The translations under genes were made by a program, and so were the position numbers. A stretch of DNA of 64,000 nucleotides from an uncultured Verrucomicrobiae bacterium (lineage in GTDB: Bacteria; Verrucomicrobiota; Verrucomicrobiia; Chthoniobacterales; JAFAMB01). Each line of letters starts with the position of its first letter. Position 1 is the first letter of the stretch. Location of the stretch: NCBI GenBank assembly GCA_963762565.1, contig CAVXLD010000005.1:1-64000 (forward strand). The letters run 5' to 3'. This document shows, in pieces, positions 20,597-30,207 of the stretch. The notes beneath the pieces were generated by a model that did no database searches, was not told the DNA's origin, and saw only the letters and a program-made list of their open reading frames with translations.

Positions 20597-20870
20597 GCGC
20601 CAGGAGCTTCGTTCTCGTCGTCGTCCTTCCAACTTCGCCCCGTCGTCTGAAACTCCGGGAGGCTACGTCGGACAGGCTGTCCTCGATTCTTGTCGCGCGG
20701 AGTGTTGGAGTGTCGGAATAATGGAGCAATGGCCTGCACGTGCAAGACAATGACCAATGCCTTGTTTTCTTGCGCGCCTTCAGCGCTAGCCGTTTTTCTT
20801 AACCTAACCTAGGCCTCGCAGACTCAACCTAGGCTAAAATCTGACAGCGCTTCGCGCCTCGGTTCGGTGA

Positions 20871-20958
20871 ACACTCCGACACTCCGACACTCCAACACTC
20901 CGACACTCCAACACTCCAACACTCCAACACTCCAACACTCCAACACTCCAACACTCCA
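20871..20958 (+). repeat. 8-bp tandem repeat (ACACTCCR) x11
   Basis: Read directly; related degenerate copies near 12390, 23820 and 31840. Confidence 0.95.
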
Positions 20959-21008
20959 CTCCTTCTTTTGCTATTTGCTATCTGCTATTTGCCATTCACT
21001 CTCTCCCC

Positions 21009-21731
21009 ATGCATACGGAAGTTCTCAGCTATGAGGCCGATGGCCTCTTAATGCAGAGCCATCTTTATTTCGAAGATGGCCCGGCGAGTCGCCCCGGAAT
21101 CTTGGTTTTTCCTGAGGCGTTTGGACTTAGCCAACATGCCAAAAACCAAGCGCAACGGTTAGCCGAGCTAGGGTATATCGCGCTCGCCTGCGATCTTCAT
21201 GGTGACGGCAAACTATTTGCGGATTTAAAGTCAGTGGGTCCTATCTTAGACAACCTCAGAAAAGAACCGGCTAAGATGCGGGCTCGGGCTAAAGGCGGGC
21301 TGGATGCGCTCGTTGCGCGATCAGAGGTCGATGCATCTCGAATCGCAGCCATCGGGTATTGTTTTGGCGGCACCATGGCGCTGGAATTGGCCCGTGGCGG
21401 AAACCCGATCGTCGGTGTGGTCGGTTTCCACAGTGGGTTAGCCACTGTCGCCCCGCAGGATGCCAGTAATATCGAGGGCAAAATCCTGGTGTGTATTGGC
21501 GCGGATGATCCGGTTATTCCGCTTGAACAACGGATCGATTTCGAGAACGAGATGCGAAACGGCGGGGTAGATTGGCAGATGGATCTCTATGGAGGCACGG
21601 TGCACAGTTTCACCAACCCTGGCGCCGATAAAGCAGGCCTGCCGCACGCGCGTTACAATGCTAAAGCCGCTGCCCGGTCATGGGCAACGATGCGCGCATT
21701 TTTCGAGGAAGTGTTTGGGGAAACGGAGTGA
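21009..21731 (+). CDS. Dienelactone hydrolase family
   Basis: PEAFGL, nucleophile motif GYCFGG, HSFTNP. Confidence 0.92.
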   Translation: MHTEVLSYEADGLLMQSHLYFEDGPASRPGILVFPEAFGLSQHAKNQAQRLAELGYIALACDLHGDGKLFADLKSVGPILDNLRKEPAKMRARAKGGLDALVARSEVDASRIAAIGYCFGGTMALELARGGNPIVGVVGFHSGLATVAPQDASNIEGKILVCIGADDPVIPLEQRIDFENEMRNGGVDWQMDLYGGTVHSFTNPGADKAGLPHARYNAKAAARSWATMRAFFEEVFGETE

Positions 21732-21867
21732 TGGAGCGATGGAGTGATGGAGACGAGAGGCGCGAAGCGTTTACCCAGGAGCATTTCGGGGCTGAAATAC
21801 TTAGCCTAGTCTAGCAGCCGCCCATAGGCGTCAACCTATGGAGATTGTGTGATAGGCACCTGACTAG

Positions 21868-21986
21868 GGGAGGGCGCGCGTTCCCGCGCGCCGGGAACTG
21901 GTCTATCATTGTGGACATAGCATAACGCTGGATCGGGTCTGTCGTGGGCTTCGAGAACAACGGATCGCGGGGACGCGATCCCTCCC
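21868..21986. repeat. REPIN-like element with inverted GC-rich ends (family also at 6395-6549, 26446-26627, 47698-47820)
   Basis: GGGAGGGCGCGCGTTCCCGCG ... CGCGGGGACGCGATCCCTCCC; sub-terminal GGCTTCGRGAAYAACGGATCGCG shared by three copies. Confidence 0.75.
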
Positions 21987-22042
21987 GGCGCTGGGTCCGG
22001 CACGTGCCAAGGCAGCCGCCGGACGCGATCCCTGCCGGAATC

Positions 22043-23203
22043 TCAGACCGAGTTTAGCGCGCTATAAAGATCGCTCTTTCCTTCGAAGCCGATACCGGGC
22101 AAAGGTGGCAAAGTCACATAACCATTCTCAACCGAAACCCCATCTGGGAATCCACCGTAGGGTTGAAACAGGTCCGGGTAAGACTCGTTTCCGCCGAGGC
22201 TGAGACCTGCTGCGATATTCAACGACATTTGATGGCCGCCGTGCGGAATGCACCGGCGTGAAGACCAGCCATTATCTTTGAGCATTTGAAGTGTCCGAAG
22301 ATACTCGACCAGCCCATAGCTCAGAGCGCAGTCGAACTGGAGCCAGTCCCGATCTGGACGCATCCCGCCATAACGGATCAGGTTCCGAGCATCTTGCATC
22401 GAGAACAAGTTTTCGCCCGTCGCCATCGGGCCGGGATACCGCCGGCCGAGCTCGTTTTGGAGCTCGTAATCGAGTGGATCGCCGGCTTCTTCGAACCAGA
22501 AAAGTGGGTAATCAGAGAGGGCATCAGCGTAAGTTAACGCGGTCTCCCGGTCGAATCTGCCGTTGGCATCGACCGCTAACTGTTGCCCGTTACCCAATTC
22601 TTCGAGAACCGCCTCGATTCGTTTCAGATCTTCTGGGAGCGAAGCGCCTCCGATTTTCATCTTCACCACCGAATAGCCGCGTTCGAGATAGGATCTCATC
22701 TCCGCTTTGAGCTCCTTAACGCCTTTGTCTGGATAGTAGTAACCACCGGCCGCGTAAACAAAGATCTTGGGGTCAGCCGTTCCATTCCCGTAGCGCTCCG
22801 CCAGAAGCTCAAACAGCGGTTTTTCAGCGATCTTAGCGACCACATCCCACACCGCCATATCGATGGTTCCAACCGCTACGGAACGCTCACCGTGACCGCC
22901 CGGCTTTTCATTGATCATCATTCGGTCCCATATTTTCATCGGGTCCAAATTGTTATTCTGATGATCAACCAGCGTTTCCGGGTCTGCTTCGAGTAGACGA
23001 GCTGCAAAGCGTTCACGAATCAGTGATCCCTGCCCGTAACGCCCGTTGGAATTGAATCCGTAGCCGGTAAGCGGTTTCCCGTCTCTGATGACGTCCGTGC
23101 TAACAGCTACCACGGAGCAGGTCATCTTAGAAAAATCGATGAAGGCGTTGGCGATAAGCGAAGCGATCGGGACGGTTTTTTCTCGAATTTCTGTTATACG
23201 CAT
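22043..23203 (-). CDS. tarD: D-tartrate dehydratase-like enolase (mandelate racemase subgroup)
   Basis: GYGFNSNGRYGQG, NEKPGGHGERSVAVG, KMKIGG, LQFDCALSYG and PHGGHQMSL match my recollection of Bradyrhizobium TarD over the full length. Confidence 0.85.
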   Translation of the reverse strand: MRITEIREKTVPIASLIANAFIDFSKMTCSVVAVSTDVIRDGKPLTGYGFNSNGRYGQGSLIRERFAARLLEADPETLVDHQNNNLDPMKIWDRMMINEKPGGHGERSVAVGTIDMAVWDVVAKIAEKPLFELLAERYGNGTADPKIFVYAAGGYYYPDKGVKELKAEMRSYLERGYSVVKMKIGGASLPEDLKRIEAVLEELGNGQQLAVDANGRFDRETALTYADALSDYPLFWFEEAGDPLDYELQNELGRRYPGPMATGENLFSMQDARNLIRYGGMRPDRDWLQFDCALSYGLVEYLRTLQMLKDNGWSSRRCIPHGGHQMSLNIAAGLSLGGNESYPDLFQPYGGFPDGVSVENGYVTLPPLPGIGFEGKSDLYSALNSV

Positions 23204-23403
23204 GGGCTACCTCGCTTTCAGCTCGGTCAATGACAAATGACAGATGACAGATGACAAATTTAAGACGCTGCCAGACCCTGGATGAAGACACCAATCTGTC
23301 ATTTGTCATTTCCTTTTGGCAACTCGGCCGCATACCGGTCCCAATGCTGCTGCTTCCCTTTTTCTGCCGGATGTGCGACTCTAGGCATCAACGTCGCCGC
23401 CCG

Positions 23404-23748
23404 ATGAAAAAAATTGTTGTTCTCCTCGTCTGTGTCTGCGCCTTGCTTGGCTCGGTACACCCGGCTGAAGCTGGCGGTTTGAGTTGGGGTATTCCTCTCC
23501 CGTTCCCTTTCCTTTTCTGGAAACCTAGTTGTGGTAATAGCAACCAGACCGCTCAAAACGGGTACACCAAAGAGAACGGCTACTCCAAGGACAATGGCTA
23601 CTCGTACTCCACGGCTTCTGGATATCCCGCCCGCAGGAACTGCCCTTGCATTCCATCGTGGTTGCAATACCACGTTGAGTACGACTGCAATATGCACCTG
23701 GACCAGACCACTTCGATGCCCGGGGTAGGCGGACTGCGGGATCCTTAG
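23404..23748 (+). CDS. Hypothetical secreted protein
   Basis: Signal peptide MKKIVVLLVCVCALLGSVHPAEA; internal NGY repeats. Confidence 0.6.
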   Translation: MKKIVVLLVCVCALLGSVHPAEAGGLSWGIPLPFPFLFWKPSCGNSNQTAQNGYTKENGYSKDNGYSYSTASGYPARRNCPCIPSWLQYHVEYDCNMHLDQTTSMPGVGGLRDP

Positions 23749-24035
23749 GGTCACCGCGCTCGTCAGGCGCTTCGTTCTCGCTCTCGTCCTCGTCGTCGTC
23801 CTCGGATCCTGGCGAGTGGAGTGTTGGAGTAACGGAGTATCGGAGTTTTGGGCTTTCTCCGAATTGGATCCCGCGGATGCGGGGTCGCTGCTTACAGCGC
23901 GACGGAATGATCCGGCAGCCGCCGGAACAGATTCTAAATGACAAATTCCGGCAGTCCGTCCCTGGGTGGATAGGAAAATTTGTCATCTGTCATTTGTCAT
24001 TTGTCATAAATCCGAGCCTTGGGCGAGGATTGGGG

Positions 24036-25187
24036 ATGGAAACGGTAAGACTTGGAATCATCGGGGTCGGTTCGATGGGGAGCGTGCACGCGCGAAGCAT
24101 TATGGAAGGCAAAATCCCACGATGCGAGCTGACGGCTGTCTGCGACCCCAGACCAGAAACCATGCAGCGCTTTTCAGGCGCAGAAGCGTTTCAATCCGCG
24201 GATGATTTCTTAGCTCGGTCTAAGACAGACGCCGTATTAATTGCTACCCCGCACTACGCGCATACCACCACCGGAATCCACGCGCTTGAATCCGGACGCC
24301 ATGTGATGGTCGAAAAACCGATCTCGGTCCACAAAGCCGATGCGGAACGATTGATCGCGGCTCATCGGAGACCGGATCAGGTCTTTGCCGCGATGTTCAA
24401 CCAAAGGACTGATCCTTTCTTTCTGAAGCTTCGCAGGCTGGTAAAATCGGGCGAGCTCGGAGCGATCAGGCGAGTCAACTGGACCATTACCAATTGGTTC
24501 CGAACGGACGCGTACTATGAATCCAGCGATTGGAGAGCGACTTGGGCAGGCGAGGGAGGCGGGGTCTTACTCAACCAATGCCCGCACAATCTGGATCTGT
24601 ACCAGTGGATCTTTGGGATGCCGGCCACGGTTCGAGCATTCTGTCACTTTGGCCGATATCATCATATCGAAGTCGAAGACGATGTAACCGCCTATCTGGA
24701 ATATCCAGACGGCATGACGACCGTCTTTACTGCGTCCACCGGTGAAGCGCCGGGCACGAACCGTCTCGAAGTGGCTGCCGAAAAGGGGAAGGTAGTGATC
24801 GAGGACGACCAATTCTTATTCACCAGAAACGAGGTGCCGATGAGCGAGTTTGCCCGCACCGATCCGGGCCGGTTCTCCGTGCCACCAGTTTGGGAAGTTA
24901 AGATCCCGATCGAGGGGCATGGTCCCCAACACAACGGAATTCTCACAAATTTTGTGGCCGCGATCTTAGATCGAACCCCTCTGATCGCGAGGGCCGAAGA
25001 AGGAATCAATTCTCTGGAGTTGACCAATGCGTTTCTGCTCTCAACTCTGGAAGACCGAACCATCTCGCTTCCCATCGATGGCGCCTTGTTCGAAAAACAT
25101 CTGCACAAGTTGATCGATTCATCCACGCTCAAGAAGCCGAAGGTCGTGAGGGAGACCTCAGACGATATGAGCAAATCGTTTCGCTGA
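24036..25187 (+). CDS. Gfo/Idh/MocA oxidoreductase
   Basis: GIIGVGSMG, IATPHYAH, VEKP and GGGVLLNQCPH motifs. Confidence 0.92.
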   Translation: METVRLGIIGVGSMGSVHARSIMEGKIPRCELTAVCDPRPETMQRFSGAEAFQSADDFLARSKTDAVLIATPHYAHTTTGIHALESGRHVMVEKPISVHKADAERLIAAHRRPDQVFAAMFNQRTDPFFLKLRRLVKSGELGAIRRVNWTITNWFRTDAYYESSDWRATWAGEGGGVLLNQCPHNLDLYQWIFGMPATVRAFCHFGRYHHIEVEDDVTAYLEYPDGMTTVFTASTGEAPGTNRLEVAAEKGKVVIEDDQFLFTRNEVPMSEFARTDPGRFSVPPVWEVKIPIEGHGPQHNGILTNFVAAILDRTPLIARAEEGINSLELTNAFLLSTLEDRTISLPIDGALFEKHLHKLIDSSTLKKPKVVRETSDDMSKSFR

Positions 25188-25355
25188 AGGAGTTCAGGAT
25201 GAGCCCAACCAAGGGATTGCAAGACAAAACCTCCCTTTACGCGGCGTTTGCGATCCGTCCATAGCTCTCGATAGTTGCCTCCTGAACTCCTGCAACTCCT
25301 TGAACTCCTGAACTCCTTTCTTGCTATTTGCTATCCGCTATTCTGATTACAGACC

Positions 25356-26426
25356 ATGAGTCAGACAGGATACGATTATGCGCCTAAAGGTAAGCCGGCG
25401 CCGGTTTGCCGGCCGGGCGAGTTCAAATTCGCGGCAGTTGCTCTCGATCACGGCCACATTTTTGGACAATGCAACGGGTTGGCCGAAGCGGGCGGTGAAC
25501 TGAAGTGGGTCTTTGATCCGGATCCCGCCAAAGTAGAAGCTTTCCGGCAAAAATTTCCGCAAGTCGAGCCTGCTCGCACTCTTAATCAGGTTCTGGAGGA
25601 TTCGGAAATTCAGCTCGTCGCCGCCGCAGCGGTTCCTTCGGAAAGAGGGCCGTTGGGCTGTCAGGTTATGCGGGCCGGTAAACACTATTTTACCGATAAA
25701 ACTCCGTTCACTCAGCTGGCCCAATTGACCGAGGCCAAGCGGGTAGCCGCTGAAACGGGCAAGAAATACATGGTTTACTACAGCGAACGCCTGCACGTGG
25801 AATGCGCGGTGTTCGCTGGTGACCTGGTTGCGCAAGGCGCTATTGGCCGAGTTGTACAGGTGTTGGGGCTGGGACCCCATCGGCTAAATGCCGAGTCACG
25901 TCCGGCTTGGTTTTTCGAAAAGGCGAAGTACGGCGGGATACTGTGTGACATCGGCAGCCATCAGATTGAACAGTTCCTTTTCTATTCCGGGGCCGCCGAC
26001 GCCAAGGTCACATCGGCGCGGGTGGCCAATTATGCCAATAAGAAGTATCCGGAATTGGAAGACTTTGGCGATGCTACGTTAGTGGCTGATAACGGTACGG
26101 CTTCCTATTTTCGAGTGGATTGGTTAACTCCGAACGGTCTGCGGACCTGGGGTGACGGCCGCACCATTATCCTTGGGACGGACGGCTACATCGAAATGAG
26201 GAAGTACATCGACGTTGCCCGGGAGGACGGCGGCGATCAACTGTTTGTCGTGAACCAGGATGGCGAGAAACAGTTCTCGCTCGCTGGCAAAGTTGGTTTC
26301 CCGTTCTTTGGCCGGCTAATCCTGGATTGCCTCAACGGAACTGAATCCGCGATGACGCAGGAACACGCCTTCAAAGCCGCGGAGCTATGTCTCCAGGCTC
26401 AGGCTGTAGCGCAGGTGATAGGGTAG
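25356..26426 (+). CDS. Gfo/Idh/MocA oxidoreductase
   Basis: LDHGHI, FTDK, GGILCDIGSHQ and TWGDGR motifs. Confidence 0.9.
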   Translation: MSQTGYDYAPKGKPAPVCRPGEFKFAAVALDHGHIFGQCNGLAEAGGELKWVFDPDPAKVEAFRQKFPQVEPARTLNQVLEDSEIQLVAAAAVPSERGPLGCQVMRAGKHYFTDKTPFTQLAQLTEAKRVAAETGKKYMVYYSERLHVECAVFAGDLVAQGAIGRVVQVLGLGPHRLNAESRPAWFFEKAKYGGILCDIGSHQIEQFLFYSGAADAKVTSARVANYANKKYPELEDFGDATLVADNGTASYFRVDWLTPNGLRTWGDGRTIILGTDGYIEMRKYIDVAREDGGDQLFVVNQDGEKQFSLAGKVGFPFFGRLILDCLNGTESAMTQEHAFKAAELCLQAQAVAQVIG

Positions 26427-26661
26427 TTCGCGCGCGACAAATTCGGGGAGGGCACGCGTCCCCGCGCGCCGCGAGGATGTATGACAACCTAAAGGCGTAT
26501 TTTCGTCCGCGATCAGACCACACCCTCGGCTTCGGGAATAACGGATCGCGAGGATCCGACGTCGCCTAAGTCGGGAGAAAAGGAACCAGGAAGAGAAGGC
26601 TATGTCGGACAGGCAGCGATCCCTCCCGGGCGATGGGTCCGCCCAAACATCCCAGGCCAGC

Positions 26662-27135
26662 CTACTTAAGATGTCCCACCGAAGCCCCCTGGTTGAACCA
26701 CGGTGTGGTTAGCACCCGATGGGTTGGTGGTCCGGAATAGATCAGACTAGAAACGTAATCGAGTAAAGGCTCCGGAGTACCAGGATTGCTGGTCAGCGCA
26801 AAGTAAACCGAAGTTACGATTGCCGCCCTTTCCGAGCGAGACGCCCCTTCGATCGCGGCTTGGACGACCTCTTGACCGTTCTGCAGATTTGCCAAAACTG
26901 CGGTTGCTACCAAAGGAGGAATTTGCTCCGCCGGAGCAGAGGCAATAATAGACCGGATTAAATTAGCCGCTTCGCCCGATCCAGCCCTGGCAAATTCCTG
27001 TCTAGTGAGCGCTAGGGCCGAGTTGTAGTCCTGCCCGGCCAACGCCCGGCGAATCGAATAATGGTCCCGGGCAGATAACGGCGTAACCAGCGCCAGGGTC
27101 CCTATCAGCAGGAGCTTAGAGATATGAGATGTCAT
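26662..27135 (-). CDS. Hypothetical secreted helical protein
   Basis: Signal peptide; 157 aa. Confidence 0.6.
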   Translation of the reverse strand: MTSHISKLLLIGTLALVTPLSARDHYSIRRALAGQDYNSALALTRQEFARAGSGEAANLIRSIIASAPAEQIPPLVATAVLANLQNGQEVVQAAIEGASRSERAAIVTSVYFALTSNPGTPEPLLDYVSSLIYSGPPTHRVLTTPWFNQGASVGHLK

Positions 27136-27452
27136 GGAAGATCTAAAATCGAGTTTTCGCGGCGAAGCCTAATAGCGGGCTTGACCTAACACGCAGGATA
27201 CAATGTTCGGAAACTGTAAGTCAATAGCCGACAAGGTTCGCATGTCAGCAGGAAGTTCGAAGCTGAGGGGAGGCGTGTAGGCGTATTAGCCCGTCTGGGT
27301 ATGAAGCGTTTATGGGTCCTGGTCGGGAATAAATTTTTGGGACTTATGGGGCCTATGGAAGTGCTGCTCTTCCGGCCGGATTTCGTTGGCTTCGTGGACG
27401 TCCCGCTGAGCCCGGGAACGCCTTCTGTTTGAGAAATGGTTTCGCGAGACTA

Positions 27453-28343
27453 CTAAAGGGTTGCCCAGAGATTATCGAGGTTGTGATTATCGTCTACTCT
27501 ACCCTGGTCGAAGGTAACGGAGACGGGGTAACCAATGTGCGAAAAGCCTGCAGGCAGGCCATGGATCAGCACGTTCAGAAAGATGCTGGTGGGGCTAGTA
27601 TTACCTAGCTGATTCGATGAAATCGGTACTATGGGAACGATGTCCTCAGTGTTAACGATCCGCCAAGTTTGTAAGCCCTGATCAATAAAGGCTTGGGCAA
27701 ATGCCGGGTCTCCGGTGCGGGGCCCGGAAAAAGTATACGAAACGGGATCGACGTTGAGAGACGCCTTTATCCCGGCGGCAACCAGGTGGGCGAGTGCTGC
27801 CCCGAGGCTGTGTCCGGTCACGAAAAGGGAATTCAGAGGGTTGCCGGCGGCTTGTATATTTTTGAGTCCGGCGATGATGTCCGTAATTATCTGGATGTAT
27901 AGCCCGGAGAAACCTTTGGTGGTATTCCCCCAAGCCTGGCCGGGCGCCGCGGTGTTTGGAACAAATGGCTCAAAGCCAACTGTTGCGTCATCGAGCCATT
28001 CCAGTGGTGTTTGCGTACCCCGGATGGCGACATAAACATCGTTACCAGCAGTCGCCACGAATCCGAATGGAATACGTGGCTTTGGCACTACCGTCGGAAG
28101 ACCCCAGGTTTCGACCGCGGAGAATTGAGCTTCGATTTGATATTGCTTAGGCCCGGGTACCGGATCAACCGGGTCCACCTGATTTTTCTGGGGCGTTACT
28201 GTACGGGGCCCGGGAACATTCCAAGCGTTATTATTTTGAAAGTCGGTCAATTGTTGGTAAGCGGCGTCGATTAGCGCCGCCAGTTCGATAGCCCGGCTTT
28301 TACTGAAGTTTTGGGAATAACTGTATGGAGGTGGTTCTGGCAT
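27453..28343 (-). CDS. Class 3 lipase family
   Basis: VAIRGT, TGHSLGAALA, PRTGD and DIVPIVP motifs. Confidence 0.9.
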   Translation of the reverse strand: MPEPPPYSYSQNFSKSRAIELAALIDAAYQQLTDFQNNNAWNVPGPRTVTPQKNQVDPVDPVPGPKQYQIEAQFSAVETWGLPTVVPKPRIPFGFVATAGNDVYVAIRGTQTPLEWLDDATVGFEPFVPNTAAPGQAWGNTTKGFSGLYIQIITDIIAGLKNIQAAGNPLNSLFVTGHSLGAALAHLVAAGIKASLNVDPVSYTFSGPRTGDPAFAQAFIDQGLQTWRIVNTEDIVPIVPISSNQLGNTSPTSIFLNVLIHGLPAGFSHIGYPVSVTFDQGRVDDNHNLDNLWATL

Positions 28344-28442
28344 AACTGTATCCTTGGATCAGTGCTCTGATCTGATAGAGCGAGGGAGTGTGCTTAAACG
28401 CGTTTATGTGCCAAGTCGATACGTCGATTAACGTATTGACTC

Positions 28443-28561
28443 GGCGTTTGGCGTTTGGCGTTTGGCGTTTGGCGTTTGGCGTTTGGCGTTTGGCGTTTGG
28501 CGTTTGGCGTTTGGCGTTTGGCGTTTGGCGTTTGGCGTTTGGCGTTTGGCGTTTGGCGTTT
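28443..28561 (+). repeat. Perfect 7-bp tandem repeat (GGCGTTT) x17
   Basis: Read directly; lies upstream of the lipase gene. Confidence 0.97.
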
Positions 28562-28656
28562 GGGCCGACGATAAAGCCTGAAAAGATCAAGATAAAACGT
28601 CGGAATGCGTCTTGATCCGCGGAAGCGCCGTTCCACCAATCACTATTCACCAATCA

Positions 28657-29934
28657 CTACTGTGCGATTTGTTTCGAGGTGAGATCCAGCACGAACGAGT
28701 CAGCCAATCGAGGGGAGGCTGGGTTCGATCCTTCTGAAGGGCACACAGCGAAAAATTCCCCGGTCAGTTTGTGTTGGTTAAGATCAATTGTGATTCTGAC
28801 AAAACCAAAATCGGTGTCGTTGTAGGCGACAACTTTAGCGCTGTCGCCCTGTGGCAAAGTGAACTCAGCCGGTAGCACCAGATCCAATGGAGCCGCTTTG
28901 CGTTCCAACGAAGTCTTCGCGCAGGTTTCAAACAGGTTCTCGATTGGTGGATGTCCGCCGCTGCCCAGGATCAGGTGAGGGATTTGCCGTCCACTCGCAT
29001 ATTGATACGTGATCCGCTGATAGAGATGGGCGTGCGCCGATAGAACCAGGTCCGGATAAAAATTTGTTTTTCGATAGGCCTCCTGCAGCAAAACCGCCAG
29101 CGGCTTTAGCGGGCCCCGACGAGGGGTTGGTCCGAGGTTTGGGTCGCCTCGTTCGCGGAAATTAGCGCCACCCGAGTACGGAGGATAATGTAACGCGATC
29201 ACCAGAGCCTTTTCGGGCTCAGTGGCTTTGATTTCCGACAGCGTTTTGACCAGCCACTGATATTGAGGGTTATCGGAGCTCATCGGGTCGTCGAGCTGGC
29301 CGCCATTGATGTCGTTAGTGTATAGACCGATAAACGATGCCACCGCGGTTTCGAGTCGCCAGTATGGGTATGGTTGGCACATTGCTTTCCGATGATCCGT
29401 CTGATTGTCCGGGCTAACTTTGCGGTCGGGGTCGCAGAAATTCTGGAGGAAATGTGCCATCGCGGACTTCTTATCATGCCCGGATACCTTGCCGTCATGG
29501 TTCCCCGGGATCGCGAAGATGTTCCGCCGGTAGGCTGCGTATTGAGCATAGAGCTGAGCGTTATAGATCGTCGCTTGATCTTTCGCGGCCGGGTTCGAGG
29601 GATCTTCGTCCTTATAAGAGATATCCCCGAGGTGAAACAGTAGGGAGGCTGGAGCCGCGCCAGAATTCCCGCCGTAGATGCCCGGTTGCCCGACCTGGGT
29701 CGCCATTGCGGTCGCCACTCGTTTACCCGGCTCCTGGTCTGGGTAATAGCCGGAGCACCCGAGTGCGTGAAAACTGATGACTCCGCGTTCCTTGATGGCG
29801 TGTGATTCGTCTGGATCAACTTCTTTCAGCTTTAGGCAAAGTTCGTTATCCGGCGGATCACTGCTAATCGGCACCCAGACGCCGTGCTCAACACATTCTG
29901 GGTAGGTGGTCGAGGGAGAACTGCTTTCGCTCAT
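28657..29934 (-). CDS. Calcineurin-like metallophosphoesterase
   Basis: HLGDISY, PGNHDG, LHYPPYS and SAHAHLYQR motifs. ATG 29934 preferred because the upstream extension is repeat DNA. Confidence 0.85.
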   Translation of the reverse strand: MSESSSPSTTYPECVEHGVWVPISSDPPDNELCLKLKEVDPDESHAIKERGVISFHALGCSGYYPDQEPGKRVATAMATQVGQPGIYGGNSGAAPASLLFHLGDISYKDEDPSNPAAKDQATIYNAQLYAQYAAYRRNIFAIPGNHDGKVSGHDKKSAMAHFLQNFCDPDRKVSPDNQTDHRKAMCQPYPYWRLETAVASFIGLYTNDINGGQLDDPMSSDNPQYQWLVKTLSEIKATEPEKALVIALHYPPYSGGANFRERGDPNLGPTPRRGPLKPLAVLLQEAYRKTNFYPDLVLSAHAHLYQRITYQYASGRQIPHLILGSGGHPPIENLFETCAKTSLERKAAPLDLVLPAEFTLPQGDSAKVVAYNDTDFGFVRITIDLNQHKLTGEFFAVCPSEGSNPASPRLADSFVLDLTSKQIAQ

Positions 29935-30207
29935 AGGAGAAGAAACATACCGGGCACCAGCCAATAGCCAATAGCCGATGCGCTTCGGGGAGCTAGCAGA
30001 TCGAAACGGCGAAACGGCGAAAGGGCGAGACGTCAACCAAAGAGGCAAAAATCTCACGCAAAGCCCCCTTTCGTTTTGCTTTCGGTTCGAAAGAGAATTC
30101 GACTGGCGAGAAAAATCGCGTTATGTGTCGGTTAACGAAGATCGCGAGCCTCGTCCCGAGTGCTCTCTTCGTCCAAATTAATCAGACTATAAACCGCACG
30201 AATTTTT

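Noticed and set aside
28300..28653. ORFs with (NAKRQTP)n or (LAFGVWR)n repeats
   Set aside because: These are translations of the 7-bp tandem repeat, with no coding evidence.
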